Source: Polyangiales bacterium
GTDB lineage: Bacteria; Myxococcota_A; Polyangia; Polyangiales; Polyangiaceae
Assembly: GCA_038230375.1 (NCBI GenBank)
Contig: JBBRNJ010000010.1
Coordinates: 64,001 to 128,000, forward strand
DNA: 64,000 nucleotides
Direction of reading: 5' to 3'
Numbering within the stretch: the stretch's first letter is position 1; each line of letters starts with the position of its first letter. Under the pieces are notes generated by a model. It was not told the DNA's origin. It was given only the letters and a program-made list of their open reading frames with translations, and did no database searches. Below, in pieces: positions 35,801 through 43,470 of this stretch. Both the position numbers and the translations under genes were made by a program.

Positions 35801-37475
35801 CGTGCGCAGACACCGTCACGCCAAAGCTTGCGGGATAGCCGCTCGCGGTCGCATCGGCGTGGTTCCACGTGAAGCGCTCCGCGCGCACGTTCGTGGCGGC
35901 GATGGTCGCCTGGAACGCGGGCGCCGTGAACGTCCCTGCGGCATGTGCTGCCACCGTGGCGTGCTCCACGCGCAGCTGGTCCCGCCGAAAAGCGTTCACC
36001 GTGGCGCGCACGTTCGCATCGAAGCGCGGTGTGGCGGCGATGGTCAGGACGCCCTTCGTCACGACGTCTGCGTGGCCTGCGCCCACCCAGCCAATGCGCC
36101 TGACTCCGCCAAGGCTCGGGACGACCGTATGCGCGTCCACGTCGACCGTGCCGCCGCCCTTTCCCGGATGGAAAGAGAGTTTCACGTCCGTGGGCGCGCC
36201 AGGCTCCAGCACCTTGCCCGTGGCCGTCGCAGCGAAGCCAGGATCTCCCGCGCCGCTCGATATGGTTTGCGCGAACGTGCCGCGGAGGTCCGTCGCCGGG
36301 ATCATGTTCGCGTCCACAGAGCCTTCCGGCGTCGTGAGCGTGTACGAGCCGTGCAGCGGTTGCCCGTGTTGTGCGTGGAGCTCCACGTCCGCGCGTGCTC
36401 CCAGTCGTGATGCGGGCGCCGTGGGCGCGAAGCCGCGCATGTCCACGTCGGTTGCTTCCACGTGCCCCGCCACGGTGATGTCTTTGCCGAGCGTGAGAAG
36501 CGCGCTTGCGTCCACGGTGCTCGCACCCAGGTTTGCGTGCGCCTTCAAGTGGAGCGCGTCGATGGGGCCGTTCGCCTCTGCGTGCAGCACGAGTGGGCCG
36601 TAGAGCGGTGCGGTCGGGAGCATCGCGCGCACCTTCGCCGTGTCGACCAGCGGAACGTCGGCGATGGCGCTCCAATCGTTGCCATCGAGCTCCAGCTTGG
36701 CGTGTGCGGGGACCTGACCCACCAGCCCTTCGAACGTGCCGCCGAGGCCGAGCATGTTGCCATGCGGGGAGGGGAGCACGACATGGCCGGCCACTGTCCC
36801 CACGGCATTCGCGTTCCCCGGCATCGCGCGCGTTCTCAGATCGATGTGCGTGACGTCCACGCGGACGGTGTCACCGACGTGTACGGAGCCTCGAACATCG
36901 TCTGCGTCGCCGTCGAGGATGGGCGCGCCCGTGATGTGCCCGTGGATCCACACGTGACGTACGTGGATGTCCGCCAGCTCCACCTTGAATGGCGGCGTCT
37001 TCCCGTCCGGCGGAGGCAGGGGCTTCAAGAAGGTGAACGCGCGCGCGATCTTCAGGCTGCCCTTCCCGTCCTCGTCCAGGACCACCTCCGCGTCGTCGAC
37101 CTCGATGTCGAACGCGCCGATGACGCCTTTCCCCGCGAGGATCGTGCGGACCAACGCGAACGCATCGATGCGAGCGCGGAGCCCATGCGCGACGATCACC
37201 TTCGTGCCATCCGGCGCCGTCACGTACGCGTCTGCGCCACGCATGCCCTTCACACCCAGGTCGTCCACGTGCTCGAGCACGATCTTGCCTTCGAACAGCG
37301 CAGCGAGGCCATCGGAGAGCTCCTTCGCCGCGAGCCTTCGCGCGACCGGCATGTCGATGTGGAGCAGCACGCCCACGCCCAGGAGCACCACGAACAGCAC
37401 GCCGTAGCCCAGCGCGGCGCCGATCGAAAGGAGCAGCCGCGCGGCGGGAGCCCTGCGTGATCGAGCCGCGCCCAT
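32835..37475 (-). CDS. tamB: translocation and assembly module TamB
   Basis: ~1550 aa, N-terminal TM anchor, long beta-rich body, DUF490-like C-terminus (F.GDP.NP.I, LRSEP..PQ.EI.SL.LFG), directly downstream of an Omp85 gene. Confidence 0.9.
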   Translation of the reverse strand: MGAARSRRAPAARLLLSIGAALGYGVLFVVLLGVGVLLHIDMPVARRLAAKELSDGLAALFEGKIVLEHVDDLGVKGMRGADAYVTAPDGTKVIVAHGLRARIDAFALVRTILAGKGVIGAFDIEVDDAEVVLDEDGKGSLKIARAFTFLKPLPPPDGKTPPFKVELADIHVRHVWIHGHITGAPILDGDADDVRGSVHVGDTVRVDVTHIDLRTRAMPGNANAVGTVAGHVVLPSPHGNMLGLGGTFEGLVGQVPAHAKLELDGNDWSAIADVPLVDTAKVRAMLPTAPLYGPLVLHAEANGPIDALHLKAHANLGASTVDASALLTLGKDITVAGHVEATDVDMRGFAPTAPASRLGARADVELHAQHGQPLHGSYTLTTPEGSVDANMIPATDLRGTFAQTISSGAGDPGFAATATGKVLEPGAPTDVKLSFHPGKGGGTVDVDAHTVVPSLGGVRRIGWVGAGHADVVTKGVLTIAATPRFDANVRATVNAFRRDQLRVEHATVAAHAAGTFTAPAFQATIAATNVRAERFTWNHADATASGYPASFGVTVSAHGVETPSLEGSATVGVGAVTTLTDADVTLRRRTTAMHAHVAKMRVGRGLVDVRDAEITGVGEPLRGSFTSQGGVVTVQALSAGLNIHDLAYLFRVDDRLKKGSAAFAVDLRTTGAHGDGAARFSITDLTLDGQPGIAVSGEATLHGRDINGRATATVAGLGEVKVHEATIHVGGKGPLLQSSWRSSWGEVSLDGSVDIPCAVALLPPNMVPPVDLAGRLEFAVHSSRASATDDAPEVSVSLQTRRLRVAGKPAWEMSGVDVAAHVMVKGGAGKLAARATDALGTLVRVEVESKDLPYAALVGPDGMSALMRQPMTTHLHVPPRELATLPLIARPNWVRGFVEVDATAKGPALAPVIALDASAHAATFTAMPDAKPMNLTAQGSYAAKTFDMAVDVSSPLESYLHLTAHANADLGIFITGNVDPAWNGSARATLVHFPLGSIAEVSDRDIRGRVSGEIVLTRYHDDARATAKLHSDRLTIGRTRFTKATVEAAFDGNMLDAHARFDEKEGFAELTGKMAMGWGRELRPKPAPLDALSLTIAAKHLQASFLEPLLASTVDELDGLIDGDAHLDIALGKEPTMSGNVLLHEGRVVPSATGEELHGINARVTLAEDGTLALTDFVALGTTGKVTGSGGAHLAGVSLKDATLKLAIAKKDALPLSLGGSVLGTGYGGLSMSAATSASGNTKVTIDIPEFHLELPELTPRNVQDLEPQPENLHVGVYTGTHEFKLLGKTHDDLGKKNATDTHRTLEIAVHLGNVEVSRGTDLRALLGGDTTMEIADKTTMRGEITLRSGKLEVQGKPFEIQKGTATFVGDPQNPEINLTASWKANDGTEVFADYVGPLKTGKVVLRSEPPRPQNEIVSLILFGSSDGAQSTPYAQQQTDTTTAVGSAVGGFATGGLNKGIDKLTGMDISTKIDTSQANPRPEVELRIARDLSLQIAFVLGTPPQGTNPDTTFATIDWRFFRNWSLATTFGNLGSSMADILWRYRY

Positions 37476-37476
37476 G

Positions 37477-39690
37477 TCAGTACGCCTCACCGATTCCGAT
37501 CGCGATCGCGATCGGGATGCCTGTGGTCGGATGTCCGCCGAAGAACGTTGGCTGGAGCCCGTTCGAGTTGTCCGCGTTGAAGGCGTCGACCTCGGTCTTG
37601 TAGCCCAGCACCTGTGCCGCCTGCACGCGGTAGCCGATGTCGAGGCGGATGGGGCCGACAGGCGTGTCGTAGCGCGCGCCGCTGCCGCATGAAAGGTGCA
37701 GGTGGTCCAGGCGAATGTCGGTCTGCTTGGGCGACACGTCGCTCATGTCGCAGAAGAGCGCGGCCGAGAACGCGCCCTTGATCGGGAAGCGCAGCTCGTT
37801 CGACAGCTCCCACAGCGTGAACCCACCGATCGGCACGGAGCACACCTGGGGATCCGGCGGCATGAAGTTGTTCTCCGGTCCGGGCGGCTGGCAGCTGCGG
37901 TTCTGCTGAAACGCGCCCACGGGCGTGAGGAAGGGAACAATGCCGTGCGGCGACACGCCACGCAGCGGGAAGCCGCGGTTGGACGCCGGACCGCCGGAGA
38001 AGAAGCCGCGGAAGAGCACGGTCTGGATGTCACGCACGCGCTCGTCGTGGTCTCTCGCCAGGTCCGCCGGCGAACAACCCTTGCAGGTGTCCGAGAGCCG
38101 CTGCTGCACGACGCTGCCGTAGTTCGAGGAGATGAGGAAGCCGACCGACGCGCGCGTGGCGAACGTGATCCGCTTCGTCACCGGCAGGTACGTGCGCAGC
38201 TCTGGCTGCACCTTGTAGTCGCTCGCGTCGCCGCCGAAGATGCCGCCGGCGACCTGCAGATCGGTGCCGACCGTGAGTCCAGCGTGCGGGCGCTTGTGAT
38301 CATCCACGAGCTCGAGCCGCGCGAGGATGTCCGGGTAGGAGAGGAAGAGCGGGCGTAGCGCCGGGTCCAGGGCGTTCTTGTAGCTGAACGGGTTCTCGTA
38401 CTGCAGGTTGTGGCTCACGTTCACGTAGAGCCGCCGGAAGAACTGGCGGTCCACGCCGACGGAGCCTCTCACCTCGCCGTAGCCGATGATGCTGTCGGTG
38501 TCCTTCGGGTTGTCCTGCACGAGCAGCAGCGGGAAGACGTTCGCCTCGGCGCGGATGAAGCCTGTCGTGCGTGCCTCGAGGAAAGCCGGTTGTTTCAGCT
38601 GCACACGGAATTTCTCCTCGGGCAAAAATTCCGTCGGTGCGACCACGTTGTTGACGCGCGTGGGGTAGAGGACAACGCCCGGCACCAGGTCCACCGTGAA
38701 CGTGCGCAGTCCGCCCAGGAAGTTGTGGTGCTCCCATCCGCCCACGAGATGGACACCGGTCTTCAGCCCGTCGAACTCGATGCCGCCGCCCAGCTTCAGC
38801 TGGCGCAGCTTCACCGGCTCCACGCGGACGGTGAGCGGCACGACGTGCGTCTCCGGATGCGAGAGATCGGGCACGATCGTCACGGCGGCGAACACGCCCA
38901 GATCGAGCAATCCCGACTTGGCCGCTTCGATGCGCGACGTCGAGTAGGGCGTGCCCTCCGTGAGCCCCATCACGCGGCGCAGCGGCTCCTCGGGCAGCTC
39001 TTGTTTCCGCACGCCCTGGGCACCATCGGGGTCCAGGCCGACGATCTGCACCGGGCCCATCACCGCGGGCTCGGCCGGAACGATCTCGAGCGACACCGTG
39101 GCGCGTCTGTTCACGATGTCGACGAACGCATTCTCTTTCACGGTCGCGAACGCATAACCGCTGTCGGTGAGCGCCGTCTTCACGGCCGCCACGCATTGTG
39201 CGAACTTGTCCTCGTCGAAAGGCTGGCCCAGCGGCATGGCCGTCGTCGCGGCCAACTGAGCCCGGGCCTGCACGGCAGGGGGTAGCGCGTCGATGCCCGT
39301 GAGCAGCAGCTCGGTTGTCAGCGTGGGCTCGCCCTCCTCCACGATGATCTCGACCCTGATGTGCTGACTCCCAGTGGAGATCACCCGGCCCGCGCGCGCG
39401 ACCGCGGAGTAGTAGCCGCGCGCATGGTAGTAGCGCTCGATTCGCGCGAGGTCCCGCTGCAGCGTGGCATGGGTGAACAGCCCATAGTCGTAGGGCCCCT
39501 GGAAGACCCAGAGGAATTTCTGGCCGGTGGCTGTGGCGATCCTGTCCTCCACATCCGCCTCGGGCAGCTTCTTTGTCCCAATGATCGTGACGTCGTCCGT
39601 GACCATGCGGCCAACCGGGATCGTGGAGCAGCCGAATACCGCTGAACAAAGGACGATCGCGGAACAGAGGCGAGCAAGCTCCCGAAGCAC
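37477..39690 (-). CDS. tamA: TamA/BamA (Omp85) family outer-membrane protein with lipobox
   Basis: POTRA-like repeats, SGGP.SNRGF loop-6 motif, G.RY.TPVGPIRLD.G, terminal IGEAY; signal ends VFG-C. Confidence 0.9.
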   Translation of the reverse strand: MLRELARLCSAIVLCSAVFGCSTIPVGRMVTDDVTIIGTKKLPEADVEDRIATATGQKFLWVFQGPYDYGLFTHATLQRDLARIERYYHARGYYSAVARAGRVISTGSQHIRVEIIVEEGEPTLTTELLLTGIDALPPAVQARAQLAATTAMPLGQPFDEDKFAQCVAAVKTALTDSGYAFATVKENAFVDIVNRRATVSLEIVPAEPAVMGPVQIVGLDPDGAQGVRKQELPEEPLRRVMGLTEGTPYSTSRIEAAKSGLLDLGVFAAVTIVPDLSHPETHVVPLTVRVEPVKLRQLKLGGGIEFDGLKTGVHLVGGWEHHNFLGGLRTFTVDLVPGVVLYPTRVNNVVAPTEFLPEEKFRVQLKQPAFLEARTTGFIRAEANVFPLLLVQDNPKDTDSIIGYGEVRGSVGVDRQFFRRLYVNVSHNLQYENPFSYKNALDPALRPLFLSYPDILARLELVDDHKRPHAGLTVGTDLQVAGGIFGGDASDYKVQPELRTYLPVTKRITFATRASVGFLISSNYGSVVQQRLSDTCKGCSPADLARDHDERVRDIQTVLFRGFFSGGPASNRGFPLRGVSPHGIVPFLTPVGAFQQNRSCQPPGPENNFMPPDPQVCSVPIGGFTLWELSNELRFPIKGAFSAALFCDMSDVSPKQTDIRLDHLHLSCGSGARYDTPVGPIRLDIGYRVQAAQVLGYKTEVDAFNADNSNGLQPTFFGGHPTTGIPIAIAIGIGEAY

Positions 39691-39695
39691 GCCGT

Positions 39696-39701
39696 ACTAT
39701 A
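39696..39701 (-). promoter_or_regulatory. -10 box TATAGT, leaderless start of tamA
   Basis: 5 nt before GTG at 39690. Confidence 0.5.
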
Positions 39702-39717
39702 GGCACCGATCGTGCCT
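39701..39717. promoter_or_regulatory. palindrome AGGCAC-N5-GTGCCT matching sigma54 -24/-12 spacing on both strands
   Basis: + strand AGGCACCGATCGTGC; - strand AGGCACGATCGGTGC; both have GG-N10-GC. Confidence 0.4.
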
Positions 39718-39735
39718 GTCCACACCACAACCGCC

Positions 39736-40302
39736 ATGATGCGAACATTGCGGTCGGTTGCAGCGATACCAGTCTCGTTCTCGTTCGCTCTCGGCCTGCT
39801 TCTTGCGGCTGGGCTATGGGCCTGCGTGTCGGATCTGCCCACCCCTCATTACGTGGCGCAGCCTGCATCAGCGCTCGTGCGCGTTCACACGCCGCCGCCA
39901 CCGGCACGCGTCGAGACAGTCCCCGGGAAGCCAGCATCGGGCGCAGTGTGGCTCGATGGCGAGTGGGCGTGGCAAGGACGCAAGTGGGCGTGGCGTCGCG
40001 GCCAATGGGTCATGCCGCCGCCGGGCGCGAAGTACTCACCGTGGACCCAGACGCGCGATCTGAACGGCGACGTCTGGTTCGCGCCCGGAGCGTGGCGCAA
40101 CGCACGAGGCGAGGAGGTGACACCGCCCGAACCCCTGGCCATTGCCACTGCGGGCCGGAGCGAAGTGACCGACGCCAACGGCGAGAAGGAAGACACCGGC
40201 CGCAACGTGCGCGCCAGGAAGCGCGATGGTGGAGCTCCACGACAAGACGCCCCACCACCACCCGCGGACCTCGACGATCGCGATGCTGGAGCGACGCCAT
40301 GA
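39736..40302 (+). CDS. YXWGXW-repeat lipoprotein
   Basis: Lipobox LWA-C; 'VWLDGEWAWQGRKWAWRRGQW', 'WFAPGAW'. Confidence 0.85.
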   Translation: MMRTLRSVAAIPVSFSFALGLLLAAGLWACVSDLPTPHYVAQPASALVRVHTPPPPARVETVPGKPASGAVWLDGEWAWQGRKWAWRRGQWVMPPPGAKYSPWTQTRDLNGDVWFAPGAWRNARGEEVTPPEPLAIATAGRSEVTDANGEKEDTGRNVRARKRDGGAPRQDAPPPPADLDDRDAGATP

Positions 40303-40532
40303 GCCCGCTCCTTTTTTTCGTGCTGATGATCACGAGCTTCGCAACTCTGCTCACAGCGCACATCGCGATCGTGATCGGCCTCGCGAGGAAGGCCCCGCGG
40401 TGGCGCGCGCTCGTGGCGGTCGTACTTCCGCCAGTCGGTGCCGTATGGGCCATCCGCGACAAGCAGCGGCTGCGCGGCGTCGCGTGGTTCGTCGCTGCGG
40501 TGGTCTACGTGGTCGTGCGGCTCCTGGGCTGA
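40299..40532 (+). CDS. small membrane protein (77 aa)
   Basis: ATGA overlap; three hydrophobic segments. Confidence 0.75.
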   Translation: MSPLLFFVLMITSFATLLTAHIAIVIGLARKAPRWRALVAVVLPPVGAVWAIRDKQRLRGVAWFVAAVVYVVVRLLG

Positions 40533-40538
40533 GCGCGG

Positions 40539-41339
40539 CTACTTCCCCGCGGCGATCGCCTTTGCGTAGAAGTCGCGGTAGCCGTACGCGGACTCGTATC
40601 CATCCAGGTACTGCGTTCCGCGCACGCAATCGGTGAAGCCCTGCGTGACGCTTCCCACGAAGAATCCAACGAGCACCGGAGCGTCGTTCGTGCCCGCGAA
40701 GACGGGGCTGCCCTCGTCGCCGTCTGCGACACAAAGAGCGCTGTGCGCCTCAGGGTGAACCTCGAAGATTGGATCGCCCGCAAGGTCGACCGACACGATC
40801 ACGCGCGCCGGCGTGCCCATGCGCGCTGCGGAGCTCGTGCCGTGATAGCCGATCGCGTGGACCGCATCGCCCATGCTCGGTCCGTCCGCCGGGAGCGCCG
40901 CGGGGCGCACGCCCGGCACCGCGTGGTCGAGCACGAGGTACGCGACGTCGAACATGCGAAGCGCGTGCTGGAGGTCGATGCTCCCTTGCGCCTCGGCGTG
41001 GAACTGGGGATGAACGTGGACCTCCGTGACGCGCGCCGCCGCACGACCCACGTCACCCACGCCGAACGACCAACCCGTTGCCCCTGGATGGCGAAGGACG
41101 CAGTGTGCTGCCGTGACGACCACGCGTGGTGCGATCAGCGTTGCGTTGCACGCGACAGTGCTCGCTGCAGATGACGCGGAGCCTGCGCCCGAGAACGTGA
41201 GATATCCACCCGCCGCGAAGGTCTGATCACGCTGACCTCCGACGAGGTTCGCATCGTCGTTCGCCGTCTCGGCGGTCGCCTCGGCGGCACATCCAGCGCC
41301 AAGAAGGACCACTGCGAGAAGCGAGAGTGAACGGGCCAT
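40539..41339 (-). CDS. trypsin-like (S1) lipoprotein with the catalytic Ser replaced by Glu
   Basis: Lipobox GAG-C, LVGG, C.ATLIAP..V.TAAHC, FDVAYL, but GDEGSP in place of GDSGGP; start 41339 or 41351. Confidence 0.82.
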   Translation of the reverse strand: MARSLSLLAVVLLGAGCAAEATAETANDDANLVGGQRDQTFAAGGYLTFSGAGSASSAASTVACNATLIAPRVVVTAAHCVLRHPGATGWSFGVGDVGRAAARVTEVHVHPQFHAEAQGSIDLQHALRMFDVAYLVLDHAVPGVRPAALPADGPSMGDAVHAIGYHGTSSAARMGTPARVIVSVDLAGDPIFEVHPEAHSALCVADGDEGSPVFAGTNDAPVLVGFFVGSVTQGFTDCVRGTQYLDGYESAYGYRDFYAKAIAAGK

Positions 41340-41378
41340 GGGGCGGAGCATGATCGTTCAATACGCACAATGTAGGCC

Positions 41379-41415
41379 AAACGCCCACCTGCGTTTTTCG
41401 TGCGAAATAGTCGCA
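41379..41415. promoter_or_regulatory. two short inverted repeats in a divergent intergenic region
   Basis: AAACGC-N6-GCGTTT (41379-41396) and TGCGA-N5-TCGCA (41401-41415). Confidence 0.3.
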
Positions 41416-41436
41416 TTTCGGCCCGTCTGCCTCCGG

Positions 41437-41442
41437 TATCGT
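41437..41442 (+). promoter_or_regulatory. -10 box TATCGT, leaderless start
   Basis: 7 nt before ATG at 41450. Confidence 0.5.
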
Positions 41443-41449
41443 CGCCGGG

Positions 41450-42295
41450 ATGGACACCACGCGAACCACCGATGGGATCCAGGCGCCGTCGTTCCTCTAC
41501 GGCACTGCGTGGAAGGAGGACGACACGCAGCGGCTCGTCACGATGGCGCTCGCGGCGGGCTTCCGGGGAATCGACACGGCGAACCAGCGAAAGCACTACC
41601 ACGAGGCCGCAGTAGGGGAGGCGTTGCGGCTCGCGTTCGATGCGGGGATGCGGCGCGACGCGCTCTTCATCCAGACCAAGTTCACTCATCGCGATGGGCA
41701 AGACCACCGCTTGCCTTACGAGGCGGCCGCGCCGATCGCGACGCAGGTGCGGCAGTCGTTCGAGAGCTCCCTCGCGCATCTGCATGTCGACGTGATCGAC
41801 TCCTATGTGCTCCACGGTCCAAGCACGAGCCGCGGGCTGGGTCGTGAGGATCGCGAGGCATGGGCCGCGATGGAGGACCTGCTGGCCGCGGGGCGCGTGC
41901 GCATGCTCGGTGTGAGCAACGTCACCGCGGAGCAGCTCTCGCTCCTATGCCGCGAAGCGCGCACGCCGCCCGCCATGGTGCAGAATCGAACCTACGCACG
42001 CAAGGGCTGGGACAGAGAGGTGCGTGCGGTCGCAAAGGAGCACGGTGTCGTCTACCAGGGCTTCTCCCTGCTGACGGCGAACGCGGCAGCGGTCGAGAGC
42101 GCCGCGGTCGCTTGCATCGTCGCGCGGACCGGGCGCACGCGCGCGCAGATCATCTATCGCTTCGCGATGCATCTTGGCATGATCTGCCTCTGCGGCACGA
42201 AGAGCGCCACGCACATGGCGGAGGATCTCGCAGCCACCGGTTTCGACCTCGGGGCAGACGAGATAGCCAGCCTGGAGACGTGGAGGAGCCGCTGA
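41450..42295 (+). CDS. aldo/keto reductase
   Basis: GFRGIDTA, catalytic Y and K (HYHE, QTKF), DSY.LH.P, GVSN. Confidence 0.93.
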   Translation: MDTTRTTDGIQAPSFLYGTAWKEDDTQRLVTMALAAGFRGIDTANQRKHYHEAAVGEALRLAFDAGMRRDALFIQTKFTHRDGQDHRLPYEAAAPIATQVRQSFESSLAHLHVDVIDSYVLHGPSTSRGLGREDREAWAAMEDLLAAGRVRMLGVSNVTAEQLSLLCREARTPPAMVQNRTYARKGWDREVRAVAKEHGVVYQGFSLLTANAAAVESAAVACIVARTGRTRAQIIYRFAMHLGMICLCGTKSATHMAEDLAATGFDLGADEIASLETWRSR

Positions 42296-42305
42296 GCCTG
42301 AGCCC

Positions 42306-43391
42306 TCAGAAGACGTGAAGCGATCCCCGCTTCACGAAGCGCTCTTCGATCTGCGTTGCGGTGAGCTTCTCCTCCACCACGACCGACCCTGCCTCCCACA
42401 TGCCGCCCTCCCACGTGTGCTCGCGCGTCGCTCCGGTCTTGAGCTCGTTGCCAGTGAGCCCCAGCGACGTGAGCGCGGTGAGCGCCTCGTTCGCGCCAAG
42501 GGCTGCGGCGCCCGTCTCGGTGATCGCGTTGCTCCGGAGGTCCAGCTTCTCGAGCGCGGGCAGCGAGCGCGAGGCCGCGACCGCGATCGCCGCGTCGTCC
42601 GCGAGCCGGTTGTCCGAGAGGTCCACGTACGAGAGCGCGCGATGCACACAGCCCACGGCGAGCTTCACTGCGCTTTGACTCGAGACGCCGCACTGGGGCA
42701 GCTCGAGCTCGCGCAGCGCGGGGGCTGCCCTTCTCCCGAGGCGCGCAAGCGCGTCCCCCAGCGAGTCGCGCACGATCCGAAGCCGCTCGAGCTTGGCGAA
42801 CACCTGCGAGTCGAAGAGCGCGCTCGCGCCGTCCGCGCCCACGCCACATCCATCCAGGTGTAGATCGCGAAGCTCCGTCATCGCCGCGGAGAGCGCACGT
42901 GCCCCGACGGTGCCGATGGTACTGCCTGTAATATACATGCTTCTCACCGCCGTCAGATGGGGCGCGAGCGCCGCAAAGCCGTCGCCGTGGAAGCGTGGAT
43001 TGTCCATGATGCAGAGCTCTTCCACGGACGCGAGCCACGGCGCGGCGCCAAGGGCACGGGCGCCAAGATCGTCGAGCACGTTCTTCTCCAGGACGAGCTT
43101 CTTCACGCCCGAGAGCGCGGGCGCAGAGACGAGGGTCCTGAGCGCCTCCACGGGCAGCGCCAGGTCTTGCCAGTTCGGCGACTGACCGGCGAGCTTGAGC
43201 GACGTCACGCGCGCGAGCTCGGGCAATGCGGCGAGCTCGGCGATCGCGGGGACGATCCCGGCAAGAGAATGGAGCGTCAGGGAGACCGCAGGATGGGTGA
43301 GGAACGCGTCTCTGGAAGCGACGACGTCGGCCGGGTTGGACGAGATGATCGACAGGATCGTTCCGTCCTCGAACGTGGTGATGCCCGCCAT
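42306..43391 (-). CDS. leucine-rich repeat (RNI-like) protein
   Basis: Repeated LxxLxLxxN/C units (LEKLDLRSNAI, LTSLGLTGNEL, LSYVDLSDNRL). Confidence 0.85.
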   Translation of the reverse strand: MAGITTFEDGTILSIISSNPADVVASRDAFLTHPAVSLTLHSLAGIVPAIAELAALPELARVTSLKLAGQSPNWQDLALPVEALRTLVSAPALSGVKKLVLEKNVLDDLGARALGAAPWLASVEELCIMDNPRFHGDGFAALAPHLTAVRSMYITGSTIGTVGARALSAAMTELRDLHLDGCGVGADGASALFDSQVFAKLERLRIVRDSLGDALARLGRRAAPALRELELPQCGVSSQSAVKLAVGCVHRALSYVDLSDNRLADDAAIAVAASRSLPALEKLDLRSNAITETGAAALGANEALTALTSLGLTGNELKTGATREHTWEGGMWEAGSVVVEEKLTATQIEERFVKRGSLHVF

Positions 43392-43397
43392 CCTCCG

Positions 43398-43403
43398 ACT
43401 ATA
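43398..43403 (-). promoter_or_regulatory. -10 box TATAGT, leaderless start
   Basis: 6 nt before ATG at 43391. Confidence 0.55.
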
Positions 43404-43470
43404 CCTGTGTGGAGGCGCGCCCCTCTCATCTTCGCCGCTGGAGGCCGTCCCGCGATATGATCCGGGTTCG

